Assembly: GCA_951406725.2 (NCBI GenBank)
Contig: OX597837.1
Coordinates: 11,718,001-11,782,000 of the forward strand
Direction: 5' to 3'
Length of the DNA stretch: 64,000 nucleotides
DNA from: Octopus vulgaris
Taxonomy: Eukaryota
Shown piece by piece: positions 14,091 to 27,416 of this stretch (positions are counted from its first letter, which is position 1; every line of letters begins with the position of its first letter). Position numbers and translations under genes: made by a program. The notes beneath the pieces were generated by a model. It saw only the letters and a program-made list of their open reading frames with translations, searched no databases and had not been told where the DNA came from.

Positions 14091-14100
14091 GACCAATCGC
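14091..14100 (+). promoter_or_regulatory. CCAAT box upstream of FAM8A1
   Basis: GACCAATCG about 115 nt upstream of the ATG, in CpG-rich sequence. Confidence 0.35.
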
Positions 14101-14208
14101 AATAATTCTGTTGAAATCTCGTTGCGAATGCGTGTGTGTGTGTGTCTCGTTTTTTTTTTTTTTTCTGGTGAAGTCTCGCGTGGTTTCGAAGTAAGAGCGT
14201 GACCAAAC

Positions 14209-15484
14209 ATGGCAGCTGACGATTGTCTTGGGTCCGCTGATAAACGTCAGAGACCCGAAAAGGCCGATTCCGAAGAGCAGCCAGCACCCGTAACGGTTCC
14301 TGCTTCGAGTTCGGATTACAACGGAAACACCGACGCGACCACGGCGACTGCGGTGGCGGCGGCGGCGGCGGCGGAGGCAGCGGAAGCGGAGGCGACGACG
14401 ACCCACAACAGCAACAACAATTATTTTCACAATAGCCCTGAGGAAGATTCGAACCCGTCTCCTGAGGAACGGAACAGTTCGAAACCGACGACAACAACAA
14501 CAACAACAGCAGCAGCAGCAAGACATACGTTATCAACTGGTGGTGGTGGCGGCGGCGGCGGTGATGATGATGATGATGAAGAAGGTGTCGGTGGCGACAG
14601 CGTTGGAGAAATCAATACCACTTTGAGAAGACGAGCTGTCCGTGGAGGAGGAGGCGGCGGCGGCGATGACGAAGATGTTGTTAACAGTAATACCAATACT
14701 ACCACTACCACCACTACTACTACTACTACTACCAGTACTAGTGTTACTAATGGTAGCGGTACAGTTGGTTTTAATGCTCACAGCAGTGGTTCTGTGAATG
14801 GTTCCGGTAACAATACGGGAACACCAGCAGAAGCAGCTTCACCATCACAACAACAACAACAACCACTACTACCACCGCCACCACCACCACCACCATCATC
14901 ATCATCGTCGTCATCTTCTTCTTCTTCACGTCTTTGTATCACGTCTTCTACAACTATCACCACCTCCTCCACCACCACCACCACAACCAGCAACAACTGC
15001 AACAACACCAGTTTGAAGACTTACAGTAGTAGTAGTAGTACCAACAGCATCAACAACCCCGCGGCTTCGGTACCGACCACAATGAACGCCCGCGAATACG
15101 CACAAGTGGTCCGGACATGGTTGTGGCAGTACCATCAATGGAACAGCATGTGTGCATTTAGCATGATGCTGCCATATTATGCAATGGCCACGTTTCCTTA
15201 CTATGCAGCTAACAACTACCCCGGGTTCCCGCCCCGGACCAATTCCGCTTCTTCTGCCTCCGCCACGCCCTCGTCCTCTGCTTATCCCTTGGCCAACGCC
15301 AACCCCGCCGCCTCGGGCAGCGGAGCCAGCAACAATAATAACAACCTCCAAGGAGCTGCCGCCGCCGGTGGTGGTGGGGGTGGTGCTGCGGCCCGAGGGA
15401 TGAACGGGAGAAATGCTGGCCAGGGTGGACCCCATCAAACACCACAACCGGCTGCAGCAAGACCAGCTGAGCAACCTTTGCGAG
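14209..15484 (+). CDS. FAM8A1: FAM8A1-like protein (RDD domain, HRD1 ERAD cofactor), coding exon 1 of 5
   Basis: ATG at 14209 (AACATGG); open frame to donor CGAG|gtaagc; AREYAQVVRTWLWQ resembles the FAM8A1 motif AREYS..V..WLWQ; 1276 nt, phase 1. The start codon is less certain than the 3' part. Confidence 0.85.
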
Positions 15485-17975
15485 GTAAGCCCTCTCTTGT
15501 TTTATTTATTATGTTCTTTTATTCTCTTACTTGTTTCAGGCATTTGACTGCGGGCCATGCTGGAGCAAAAGGGTTTTATTCAGTCGAAGAAATCGACGGA
15601 CTTATTCTTTTTTTAGCCTACATATTCTATCGGTCTGTTTGGCCGAACCGCTAGATAATGAGGACGTAAACACACCAACACTGGTTGTCAAGCGGTGGTG
15701 GGGGGACGAACAAAGACACGCACATATATACATATATATATACATATGTATGTATACGACGGGCTTCTTTCAGTTTCCGTCTACCAAATCCACTCGCAAA
15801 GCTTTGGTCTGCCCGTGGCTATAGTAGAAGACACTTGCCCAAGGTGCCACGCAGTGGGACTGAACCCGGAATTATGTATTTAGGAAGCAAGCTTCTTACC
15901 ACACTGCCACGCTTTGTAACATTTAGTGTTGTTTTTTGGGTTTTTTTAACCCCCCAGGTAAATCCGTGGCTGAGTTTTGAAACCTGTACCACTAACCCCG
16001 TGGAAAGAAAAACGGTGCGGAATTGATGTGGGCGGGGCAATCCTTTTTTTCTTTTTATTGACATTTTTGAAGAAAACAAATTCTTCAGAATCGTGGTTTC
16101 CGTTTTACGAAACCCAGGAATGCTGATATGTGAAAGGGGTGAGGGGAAACATTACCTAAATCCGACCCCTTTTCTTTTCCCATAATGATAATGATCGCTG
16201 TTCCAAAACTCCGCCCAGTTCTATATCCGGAAGGCTTATGTCTGATCAATTACATTCCAGAAATGACTTCCCTATTTATTATTATTATTATTATTATTAT
16301 AATTATTAATATTCATACTTCCGGGATCAAAGTAGCCGTTGAACACTCGGCTCGGCTTTTATTATGATTATTATTATTATTATTAGCCTTTCATCCTTTC
16401 GGGGTCGATTAAATAAGTACCAGTTAGTCACTGGGGTCGATGTAATCGACTTAATCCCCTTGTCTGTTTTTGTTTGTCCCCTCTATGTTTAGCCCCTTGT
16501 GGCCAATAAAGAAATAATAATAATAATTATTATTATTATTATTATCATAAACATTATTTATTTCAAACTCAACATAATTTAAGAGATGTTCTCCCCCCCC
16601 CCTCTTTTTGTTTTTAGAAACAGCAGCCAAAATCCTTCAACTTCCACACATCCTTGTGCGTTGAAGGAATTTGGCTGCTGTTTTTAGCGAATCGAACGAC
16701 CAATGTTACAAAGCTTTCGTGTTTCTGGTATTCGTGGTCGTGGCAGGAATGTATGTGGAGGAGGTGTCCATCCATGACAGACTACGTCGATGTGTTGGGT
16801 GTGTAGGTGGAAGTGTTTGTTTAGTAATTACGTGTTCGGTGGGAGTGTTGACAATTTCGATGCTGACGGCGGCGGCGGAGCAAGGGTCAACATTTGCGTC
16901 GTTTTAGGTGTTTGACCCGAAGTCAGCCTTCATCGAGGAAACCTATCATTCAAAGCCGTTCCAGCCATAGCCAACCCGTCTTTTGTCACAGCTGTAGTTT
17001 AGTGTTTGGTGTCCCTCCCACACTGACTTTTTGTTTTATTATGACATTCTTTAAAACGTATATTTTTCTTAATGGAATTTTTGCAGATATACGTTTTCCA
17101 GTGTGTAGATTACAAATATGGTGACATTTTTCAATTTAATTCCTTTTAGACGGAGGTTCCTGGTCTTCCTTCTCCAGACACTCGCTTCCGTGTCTACATT
17201 TCCTAACAACTCTCTTTAAAACGCATATTTTAAAATAAAATTTTGCCTGTTCGACACTTTGGGTAAACCTCTTCTACCCCAGACCCTGGGTCGACCAATG
17301 CCTCCTACGTGAATTTGGTAAACAAAAACTATGGAAGCCCGTCATACATACATACGTGTTTGTCCTCCACTTGGTAACCTATATTGGTTTGTTTACCTCT
17401 CTGTAACTTAGCCGTTTGGCAAAAGAGACCGATTGAATAAATACTGGGGATCTTTTTTTCTTTTTTTTTTTTTTCTGAAACTTTTCAAGGCACTGCCCCA
17501 GCCTGGCCACAATCCAATGACTGAAACAAGTAAAATAAGACATACGTTTTCAGATAGGGTGGATCCGGAAATCTACCCAAAAAAAGTATTGTTTTATGTA
17601 TATATTTATTTATTTACGATTTATTCTTTACTAGTATAATCGTAAAATACTTCTTTGAAGACAAACCGTAAAATATGAGGAAACAAAATCTTGGGGACAT
17701 CATACCGTACAATTATCCAAAACTGTACATTATCCAATTTTTCCTTCTTGTTTAAGACGACGAGGTGTGATTTCAAGGGTATTTAACTGCTGTTTTTAGC
17801 AGGTCTAACGAGGCTCCCCACCCTCATAATTGCGCAGGCAAGGTGAGTGGTTTTGATGTGGATGGGGTACTATCTTCTGTGACAGTATGGCAGTGTGGTG
17901 ACGATTTAAGCCCCGGAGTCAACGCTGCTTAAACATAGCTATAATCACAGACATTCCGAATGTGACCATCCCTAT

Positions 17976-18023
<48 letters not shown>

Positions 18024-18105
18024 GTGTGTGTGTGTAGTTTTAAAAACAATTTTTGTTGAGTACAGTTCGATAATGGTTTAACTGCCAATAGTATTCTTGT
18101 TTAAG

Positions 18106-18139
<34 letters not shown>

Positions 18140-19511
18140 GTGTGTGTGATGTGTGTATAAGTGGATGTGGGGAATTACGGCGTAATTTCGAACAAATAAG
18201 TAATTTATAAAAAGTGTTGGTTTACTTGATAACGGAACGAAAAACGAAATTTCGTTAATTGTAGAAATGATACTGCTTTGGTTACAAACAAAGCAACTCC
18301 GTAATTTCTTTTAATTAATGTTGTTTTTAATTAAATACTTTGTAAATATGGAGAAATACAGCGTAAATTTTCGAATAAATGGAGGAAGTATTAAAAAAAG
18401 GTATAAAAACTACCCTGGCTTTCATGAGACACCGAAACGAAATCGCAATATTTACTTTAAAGATAAAGAAATTGTTTTCGTTTTCAAAACGTTTTCCGAA
18501 GAAAAAGAAGCGCCATTTAATAGAAGAAAACTGAAAGAAGCCCGTCATAGATGTTTGTGAACTCGTATCGCCGTCATACATCATGTCTGGTCATAAGGAA
18601 ATATTTACCCTACTTGGAAATAAGTGATGGTTGGCGACAGAAGGGAGGGCCGTAGAGAAACCTGCCTCGACAAAATCTGTCCCGACCCAAGCAAGCATAG
18701 AAAAATGGGCGTTAAAAGGATGGTAATAATGTAATTGAGTCGGCAGCGGGTATGGACTTCTTTCAGTACCGTCTCTGTAAGTAAACAATATTGCGTTTTC
18801 GTTTCGGTATTTCAATTGGTCAATGTTATTTTTACATATTCTCCATTTATTCAGAAATTTCTTAGTATTCCTCCACGTTTACCAAGTATTTGATTAAAAA
18901 CAACATTAAAAAGAAAGCATTGATCATAAAATGTAAAAGGTCAGTAGAAATTACGGATGTTCTACGTCTGCAACCACAGCTGGGTCATCTCTGTAGTAAA
19001 CAATATTTCGTTTTCCCTTCGAGCTTTCATGTAAACCAGGATGCTTTCTATACCTACCCCATATATTCGAAATTTAAGTTCTCCACGTTTACCCATTATA
19101 TCTTGTTAGGAATATACATCATCCAATATACCCTTCTTTATACGGCGTGGGGAGCTGGCAGACACGTTAGCACACCGGGCGAAATGCTTAGTGATATTTC
19201 GTCTGCCGCTACGTTCTGAGTTCAAATTCCGCCGAGGTCGACTTTGCCATTCATCCATTCGGGGTCTATTAAATAAGTACCAGTTACGCACTGGGGTCGA
19301 TATAATTGACTTAATCCGTTTGTCTGTCCTTGTTTGTCCCCTCTGTGTTTAGCCCCTTGTGGGTAGTGAAGAAATAGGTATTTCGTCTGCCGCTATGTTC
19401 TGAGTTCAAATACCGCCGAGGTCGACTTTGCCTTTCATCCTTTTGGGGCCGATTAAATAAGTACCAGTTACGCACTGGGGTCGATGTAATCGACTTAATC
19501 CGTTTGTTTGT

Positions 19512-20010
19512 CCACAGTCACATAAACAGCAAAGTTGATATGGCCCACAGAATGTGTTCTTGGATTCTCAGAACTTCCCAGTCGAGAGACGTCCACACCA
19601 TTATCCTTCTCTTCTCCACTTTTGTCCGACCCCCACCTTGAATACTGTTGTCCACTGTGGTCTCCCCACACAAAACAAAATATCATGAAAGTTGAAGCAC
19701 CTCAATGGTCAATTACGAAAAAGATAGACGGCATGACAGGCCTTGACTATTGGGGGTCAACTAGAAAAGCTCAAACTTTATTCTCTCCAATGCCACCATG
19801 AGTGCCACATCATCTGCATGATCTGGAAAATACTCCATCAGTATTACCCAAATGATGTTGGCATTGCCTTTAAGATACACCCAAGACTTGGGCCCCATGC
19901 TATCTGCCCACGACATAAATCATACTTGCATCACATAACAACAATACGGCACAATTATTTCCCCTCAATTGGCCCCTGCTATCTTTAATGTTCCACCAAA
20001 TTGCATTAAA
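19512..20010 (+). mobile_element. CR1/L2-group LINE fragment
   Basis: PHLEYCCPLWSPH and LEKLKLYSLQ motifs; frameshifted. Confidence 0.75.
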
Positions 20011-21171
20011 GCAGAAACAGACCAGAAAATAGTCTAATATCAGGGCATATAAGCCCTCGATGGAAAAAAAAGTGGGTAGTAGTACACATGAGAATTGAAC
20101 CCACACCTCTTATATTCGTGATAATTGTGCCAATTGATTACACCAACCCACCCACCCACTCCTTTCTGTTACATTTAAGAGTTATACTTTCATGGTGTCG
20201 TTTGTTTGTATCTCCTCCTCTCTCTCTTCCTTCCCCAGTGAACAAACTTCTTCACAACAATTCCGCTATGTCTGTATTATATTTATTAAAGAAAGTTTCT
20301 ACCTGTCCTATAACAGCTGTCACACGCAAACGTACCCCGGATAATACACACACACGTATACATATATACATACACATATAAATATCATTTACATACACAT
20401 ATTGACATGCTTTCATGAGAAACTCTCTTTCACCAGCTGTCAATATGTGTGTGTGTGTGCGTGTGTATATATATCATCATTTAATACCCAATTTTTCATG
20501 CTGACATTTATATATATTCACATACATACATACTACACACAAACACACACACTCACACTAGGCCTGACCGTATGGCAACAAGTTTGCATCCCGACCACCT
20601 GACTCCAAGTACAGTCCCACTGCTGGCACCTTCGCCAAGTGTCACATACTATAGCCCCAGGCCAACCGAGACCTTGTGAGTAGATTTGGTAGGCAGAAAC
20701 TGAAAGAAGCTCATCGTGTATGTGTGTGTGATCCTTTAACCTAGCAGTTCAGCAAAGAGAGACCAATAGAATAAGAACCAAGTTTATAAAAGTAAGAACT
20801 GGGGTCAATTTGTTTGACTAAAATTTTTCAAGATAGTGTTTCACCGTGGCCTCAGTCCCCTGGCTGGAAAAAGTAGATATGTCTGTATATTTGTGTGTGT
20901 GTGTGTGTGTATTCCTTTTTGTTATGACATCACGTGATAGTTGTAAGCAAGTGCCACTGTTGTACAAGCAGTGTCGTTTGCTTCAAGTATTCCATGAAAG
21001 CATATCTGACCATGCAGAAACATTATTTCACATAGAAACAGGTGAGGGTTGGTGACAAAAAAAGGAGATCCAGGTGTGGAAAATCTGTGTTAACAAATTC
21101 CTTAATTGCACCTGAGCCAAGCTAACATGGAAAAGCGGATGCTATAACAATGATGATTCCACAATCGTCAT

Positions 21172-21224
<53 letters not shown>

Positions 21225-21595
21225 CATCATCATCATTGTTTAACGTCCGCTTTCTATGCTAGCATGGGTTGGACGATTTGACTGAGGTCTGGCGAACCAG
21301 ATGGCTGTACCAGGCTCCAATCTGATCTGGCTGAGTTTCTACAGCTGGATGCCCTTCCTAACGCCAACCATTCTGAGAGTGTAGTGGATGCTTTTACATG
21401 CCACCTGCACAGGGACCAGTCAGGCAGTACTGGCAGCGGCCACACTCAAATGGTGTTTTTTACGTGCCACCTGCACTGGAACCAGTCCAGCGGCACTGGC
21501 AATAACCTCGCAGTCCAGCGGCACTATATATATATATATAAAATATATATATTTATATATATATGTATGTATGTATGTATATACACACACACGTA

Positions 21596-22112
21596 CATGC
21601 TACAGCTTACTAAGTGCCACAGACCAAGTCTGCGGATGGTGCAAAGTCCCTTCCAGACTTAGAGTAACATGGTGGTGGAATAAGATGGTAGACAAAGCCA
21701 TTAGAGCAAAGAAACAGGCCTGAAAAGCCTGAAAGAGTGGGGGTAGCAGGGAACTGTACCAGATAGCCAGGAGGGAGGCTAGGCAACAGGTATACATAGC
21801 CAAGGGAGAAGCAGATAAGAAGTTTCCCAATGTCCAACGATGTGAGGACCAAAGAACTGAAATATTTCAGATTGCAAGACAATGTGTGAGAGAAAATTGT
21901 GATGTCACGGGAGAAAAATATGTCCGCATGGGTGACGGTACACTTGCTTTTAATGATTCTGAAAAGAAAAAGGCTTGGAGAAGCCATTATGAAAGACTGC
22001 TAAATGTGGAGAATGAATGGGAGGAAGAGAGCCTGCCAAATGTTGACCCAGTAGAGGGACCAACTATCTGAATGAACAGCACCCTGATAGATAAAGCATT
22101 TAAGGGTATGAA
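21596..22112 (+). mobile_element. RTE-clade LINE internal fragment
   Basis: TWWWN..VDKAIRAKK and W..HYERLLNVENEW motifs of the region between endonuclease and RT; in-frame stops. Confidence 0.8.
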
Positions 22113-22283
22113 GCCGAAGGATTGGTACTTTGACCAAATCCGAAAGCTTGCAGATCGTTGGCAGAAGGTCGTGGAAAATGACGGACTTTTTTTTGAAGAA
22201 TAGCTGTTGTTGATTTTGAATAAATTCTTGCATAAAAAATCATTATTTTTAACACGGCGCACAAACGTTTTCGTCAACCTAGT
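22108..22283 (+). mobile_element. mariner transposon 3' end
   Basis: KPKDWYFDQIRKLADRWQKVVENDGLFFEE* matches the mariner transposase C-terminus; followed by a TIR-like end GTCAACCTAGT. Confidence 0.75.
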
Positions 22284-23159
22284 CACATGTGCATGTATGT
22301 ATGTATGTATGTATGTATGTAGGTGCATGTGTGTATAATATATGTATGTATAGGTATAGATATACACACAAACACATGACCTATAAAAAGAAAGAAGGGA
22401 GTGAAAGAAGGATGTAAGTGAAAATAGGATGAAAGAAAGAAAAACAAAAAGATATGAATGAAAAAAGAGACAGACAGACAGACAGAAAAATTGAAAAGAA
22501 TTTCTAAAGAACTGGCCTGGGAAAATGGCCAGAATGAAGCGTCTTTTGAGAATTTCGTCTTTTCTCCTTTTCTATTGTTGACTTACGATTTATCAACAAT
22601 ACAAAGATGGCAGCAAAGTAGTTTGGAGAAGGAAGGGGGGGAGGAATGGTGGTGGGGTGGGGTGGGGAAACAGGGAGGATGCAAAGAGAGAGACACACAC
22701 ACACACACACACACACGTGGTGGCTAAATCCTGATCTGTAGTCATCAGCCAACATAGGAAACCCCACAGTGTATGCATGTGTGTGTGTGTGTATGTATAT
22801 GTGTATCATCATCATCATCATCATCATCTTCATTCAACATCTGTTGTCCATGCCGGCATGGGTTGGATGCCCTGACAGGAGCTGGCAAGCTGGGGAGCTA
22901 CACCAGGTTCTAGTCTTCTCTACTCTAGGCGCAAGGCCTGAAATTTTGGGGGAGGTGGGGTTGCCAGTCAGTTAGATCGTTCCCCATAGAAATAATACAT
23001 TTCTAAATCTCTGAGAGTGATTTATACAGTAGTAACACGATAAAGTGGTGGTTTGTTGTCAACTGTCATATTTCTATATCATCATCATCATCGTTTAACG
23101 TCCGCTTTCAATGATGATGATGATGATATATATATATATATGTATATATATGACACTTG

Positions 23160-23215
<56 letters not shown>

Positions 23216-23301
23216 ATCCAAACAAGAAAGCACAAAAAAACACAACAACGCGAGGACGTGGAACAAATATAGTATTATTGGACGCTCAGGAAAGAAGTGG
23301 G

Positions 23302-23336
23302 GTTTAACGTTTCGAGTGGAGCTCTTCGTCGGAAAC
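23302..23336 (-). ncRNA. Minimal hammerhead-like motif (CCGANGA variant)
   Basis: Minus strand reads GUUU-CCGACGA-A-GAG-cucca-CUC-GAAA-CG-UU-AAAC with palindromic AACGUU stem III; inside a (TA)n-flanked element at about 23205-23410. Confidence 0.55.
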
Positions 23337-23468
23337 ATAGGAGAAGGAAAGATCCAGAGAAGGGAAGACAGAGGAAAAAAATCGCCAACGGTACACACGA
23401 GGTCACATTTATATATATATATATATATATATGTTCTTGTCCATGTCTGTAATTATTTTTACTGTTTA

Positions 23469-23520
<52 letters not shown>

Positions 23521-23521
<1 letters not shown>

Positions 23522-23752
23522 TTTATTTAAAGCAGCAGAAAATTCAACAAAACCTGTTACTCTGAGTTTCCCGTTGCCGTTCATTGGACAGTTTTTCTAG
23601 CAAAAACTGTCCGATGAACAGCAACAGGAAACTCAGAGTAACAGGTTTTGTTGAATTTTCTGCTGCTTTAAATAAAGCATATTACTCTACCACTGGTATT
23701 TGAGTACTCTTTTTTCCACCTTGTTTCACATTTATGTGTTTACTCCGGTATA
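23521..23752. mobile_element. Fold-back non-autonomous element in (TA)n (Penelope-like architecture)
   Basis: 76-bp inverted arms 23521-23596 and 23602-23677 plus a single-copy tail; relative at 49311-49562. Confidence 0.65.
23607..23644 (+). ncRNA. Hammerhead-like motif (CCGAUGA variant), mirrored on the minus strand at 23554-23591
   Basis: CUGU-CCGAUGA-acagcaacag-GAAA-CUC-A-GAG-UA-ACAG; stems I and III pair, stem II is weak. Confidence 0.55.
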
Positions 23753-23777
23753 TATATACATATATATATATATATAT

Positions 23778-23932
23778 TGTTATATTTCGGAATGGTCATA
23801 TTGCCAGTTTAGCCAATAAAAACACACGCACTATATATTTGGTGTTATTTTGCTTCAGTGATATTTATTTTTTACATTAATCTTAATCTTATTTCGGCCA
23901 AACTGGCAAAATGACCATTCTGAAATATTACA
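23778..23932. mobile_element. MITE with TGT...ACA ends (Ginger-like)
   Basis: About 37-bp imperfect TIRs; 4-bp ATAT on both flanks. Confidence 0.6.
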
Positions 23933-23989
23933 ATATCTGTTTCAACACACGACTTCACATAAAAAATCTTGCACAACAAATATTTAAAC

Positions 23990-24030
<41 letters not shown>

Positions 24031-24955
24031 CAAGCTTCTTTCAGTTTCCGTCAACTAAATCCACTCACAAGGCTTTGGTCAACTCAAAGCTATAGTAGAA
24101 GATACTTGCCCAAGGTGCCATGCAGTGGCACTGAACTCAGAACCATGTGGTTGGGAAGCGAGTTTCTTACCACACAGCCACACCTGACCACAGCAGGGTG
24201 GAGGGGAGGGGCGAATGATTGCACTGTTCGGGATTGGAATTATTTTTGTTATAAACTCACCAAGGTATACAGGGTGCCCGTAATTTACCATTACGATTTG
24301 AAAAAATAAAATTCAGGTAAAGAAAAGGGCACATCATCATCATTATCGTTTAACATCCGTTTTCCATGCTAGCATGGGTTGGACAGGGTCTGGGAAGCCA
24401 GGAGGCTGCGCCGGACTCCAGTCTGATCTGGCAGTGTTTCTACAGCTGGATGCCCTTCCTAACGCAGTGGGTGCTTTTTACGTGCCATTGGCATGGAAGC
24501 CAGTCAAGGCAGCACTGGCATCGGCCACATTTGGATGGTGCTTTTTACATGCCACTGGCACAGAAGCCAGTCAAGGCGACGCTGGTATCGGCCACGTTTG
24601 GATGGTGCTTTTTACGTGCCACCAGCACGGGTATTACAACTACAATTTCCATTTGATTTTTATTTTGATGTTGATGTACTTGACTCAATAGGTCACCTCA
24701 AGCACAGCAGGTTGCCCTACGATCCAAGGTACTTTGGATGGGTTGGGGCTGGTTATGTGAAGCTGGTGCAGGAAACAGCCCTGAACTCACGTCAGGATAA
24801 ATCAACAAAGTTTATTGGAAAATAAACGGAAACAAATAAAGCTTTTGTTGGAAATGTTGGAACACATCGTGTTACTCTCTCTCTCTCTCATTCTCTTATA
24901 ATTTACTCTTTCTCTTTTCTCTTATAATTTACTCTTTCTCTTTCCTCTTCGTCAG

Positions 24956-25076
24956 CTACTGAATACATCATTCCATCTCTGTGGAAACGGATATTAGCAG
25001 AACTGGTTGATTTCGTACTTTTGTTTTACATCAAACTAATAGTGTCCGTAATGGTCATGAAACAAATGGGCTACAT
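24956..25076 (+). CDS. FAM8A1: FAM8A1 coding exon 2
   Basis: Pyrimidine tract, cag acceptor, gtaagt donor; encodes (A)TEYIIPSLWKRILAELVDFVLLFYIKLIVSVMVMKQMGY, the start of the RDD domain; 121 nt, phases fit. Confidence 0.93.
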
Positions 25077-26211
25077 GTAAGTACCTTCTTTAATTATTAT
25101 CGGTATTAGTATTGTTGTCATTATTATAATCTTTCATTGTTAAACTGTTTTTACTCGGATTTTTTCAAAAACGGACAAAACCCTTTGTAACCTTTCGTCC
25201 TGTTTTGCCCCTTTATGTTTACTAATCATGTGTGTCAGCCCTTGTGGCCAATAAAAAGAATTAATTATTATTATCATTACTAAGGCAGCAAGCTGGCAGA
25301 ATCGTTAACACACAAGGCAAAATGCTCTGTGGCATTTAGTGTGTCTTTACATTCTGAGTTCGAATTCTGCCAAGGTCGACTCTGCCTTTCGTCCTTTCAG
25401 GGCAGATTAATTAAGTACCAGTTGCCTACTGGGGTCAATGTAAATCAACTATCTCCCTCCCCCAAATTTCAGGCCTTGTGCCTATAGTAGAAAGGATTAT
25501 TATTATTATCATTATTATTATTATTATTAACCCACGCTAGCTTGGAAAACGGATGTTAAACGATTATTATTATTATTATTATTATTATTATTGAGTGAGA
25601 GAGCAGTGCATTCCATCAAAATAAAATGTACGAAGCCCAGTATGCCCATCATGCCTACCTGTCTGATGAGGGTACACTAGGCACATGCATCACAACCATA
25701 TGTGCACAACATGGTGATCTCATATCAAGATAAACAGCACATGACCTTGCAGGTGGGGCCCAGTTAGAATTTTCTTCTTGTCAAGTAACCCATCCTGCTC
25801 AAAAGGTCCCTGAATAAGGGTTGTTTAAGGATGTTGAACGAAACACCCATGTTTCCAGAGGTGAATTATTCAAACCCCAAAGAATTCCTCTCAACACATG
25901 GCTATGATGCTCCCCCACTACTTCTGCTCGTGATCAGAGATGGACATATCGTCAGCCACTAAGGGACATGCTCAACTGGTTATGGTCAAATAACTGATAA
26001 GCAAATCTGTGGTATTGAGCAGAATATTTGCTGTAGCCCATCTTTTATACCAAGACAAAACAATGTACATGATGACACTTCCAATCAGTTAAGATCAGAA
26101 GCCACGAGAGCCACTGCCTGGTACTACCATCATTATTATTAAGACGGCAAGCTGGCAGAATCATTAGCACACTGAGTGAAATGCTTAGTGGTATTTCCTC
26201 TGCTATGACAT

Positions 26212-26710
26212 TCATCATCATCATCGTTTAACGTCCGTTTTCCGTGCTAGCACGGGTTGGACGATTCAACCGGGGTCTGGGAAGCCAGGAGGCTGCACCA
26301 GGCTCCAATCAGATCTGGCAGTGTTTCTACAGCTGGATGCCCTTCCTAACGCCAACCATTCTGTGAGAGCAGTGGGTGCTTTTTACGTGCCACCAACACA
26401 GGTGCCAGACGAGGCTGGCGAACGACCACGCTCAGATGGTGTTTTTTTGTGCCACCGACACAGGTGCCAGACGAGGCTGGCGAACGGCCATGCTCGGATG
26501 GTGTTTTTTTGTGCCACCGACACAGGTGCCAGACGAGGCTGGCGAACGGCCACGCTCGGATGGTGTTTTTTACATGCCCACAGCATGGAGGCCAGTCAAA
26601 GCGGTACCCGCTACGGCCACGTTTGGATGGTTTTCTTATGTGCCACCGGCACTGGTACCACAAAAATACAAATTCCATTGATGTTCATCGATTTTGATTT
26701 GATTTGATTT
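26212..26710 (-). mobile_element. RTE 3'-UTR-derived repeat family C (representative)
   Basis: Matches the 3' UTR of the LINE at 28828-29420; about 61-bp internal tandem units. Other copies 21225-21525, 24332-24790, 33680-33908, 34780-34977, 57020-57275, 57820-58040, 58918-59060. Confidence 0.8.
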
Positions 26711-27028
26711 TAAAATTCTGAGTTCAAATTCCGCCAGGGTCAACTTTGCCTTTCATCCTTCCGGGGTCGATAAATTAAGTACCAGTTGCGTACAGGGGTT
26801 GATGTACAAGGGATTCGGTATAAAAATAAAACTGTATTTGACCTCAAGCAATAAATTTCAAGTGAAGATATTTGTATTGATTGTGAGATGTGTCATTATG
26901 TTCATAGTTAAATATTAATTATAAATCTTAAGTAAGCTATCTTCATTATACTAAATGATTATACATTTATAAATAAATTGATTTAATTTAGAATTAACTA
27001 TATATATGTATGTATGTTTGTGTGTGTA

Positions 27029-27064
<36 letters not shown>

Positions 27065-27353
27065 AACAGGAAATAGTGACACAACAAGGTACCAATATCT
27101 GCTGGAATTCAACCTTTACGGTGCTTATCACTGGAAAACCATATTATTGCATTGTAATAATACTCATAATTATATATATATATATATATATATGAAGAAA
27201 ATAAGGGTAAAGATACTGCTTGCTAAAAATCAAAGTGAGAGCTTCAAAAACCACCAATTCTAGGATAAATACACACATGAGCAATGTAATCATCATCATC
27301 ATCATCATTTAACGTCCATTTTCCACGCTAGCACGGGTTGGACAAAAAGCAAT

Positions 27354-27416
27354 CATCCCTGGTGGGACTCGAACCCACGGCCTCTGGATTAGAAGTCCAG
27401 CACGCTATCCACTGCA

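Noticed and set aside
15485-15654. C-terminal part of the 481-aa ORF
   Set aside because: Read-through past the exon 1 donor into intron and SINE sequence.
18170-18530. Possible DNA transposon relic or short ORF
   Set aside because: No recognisable motif, TIR pair or TSD.
25661-25700. CTGATGAG hammerhead core half
   Set aside because: No stem II followed by GAAA and no stem I/III pairing.
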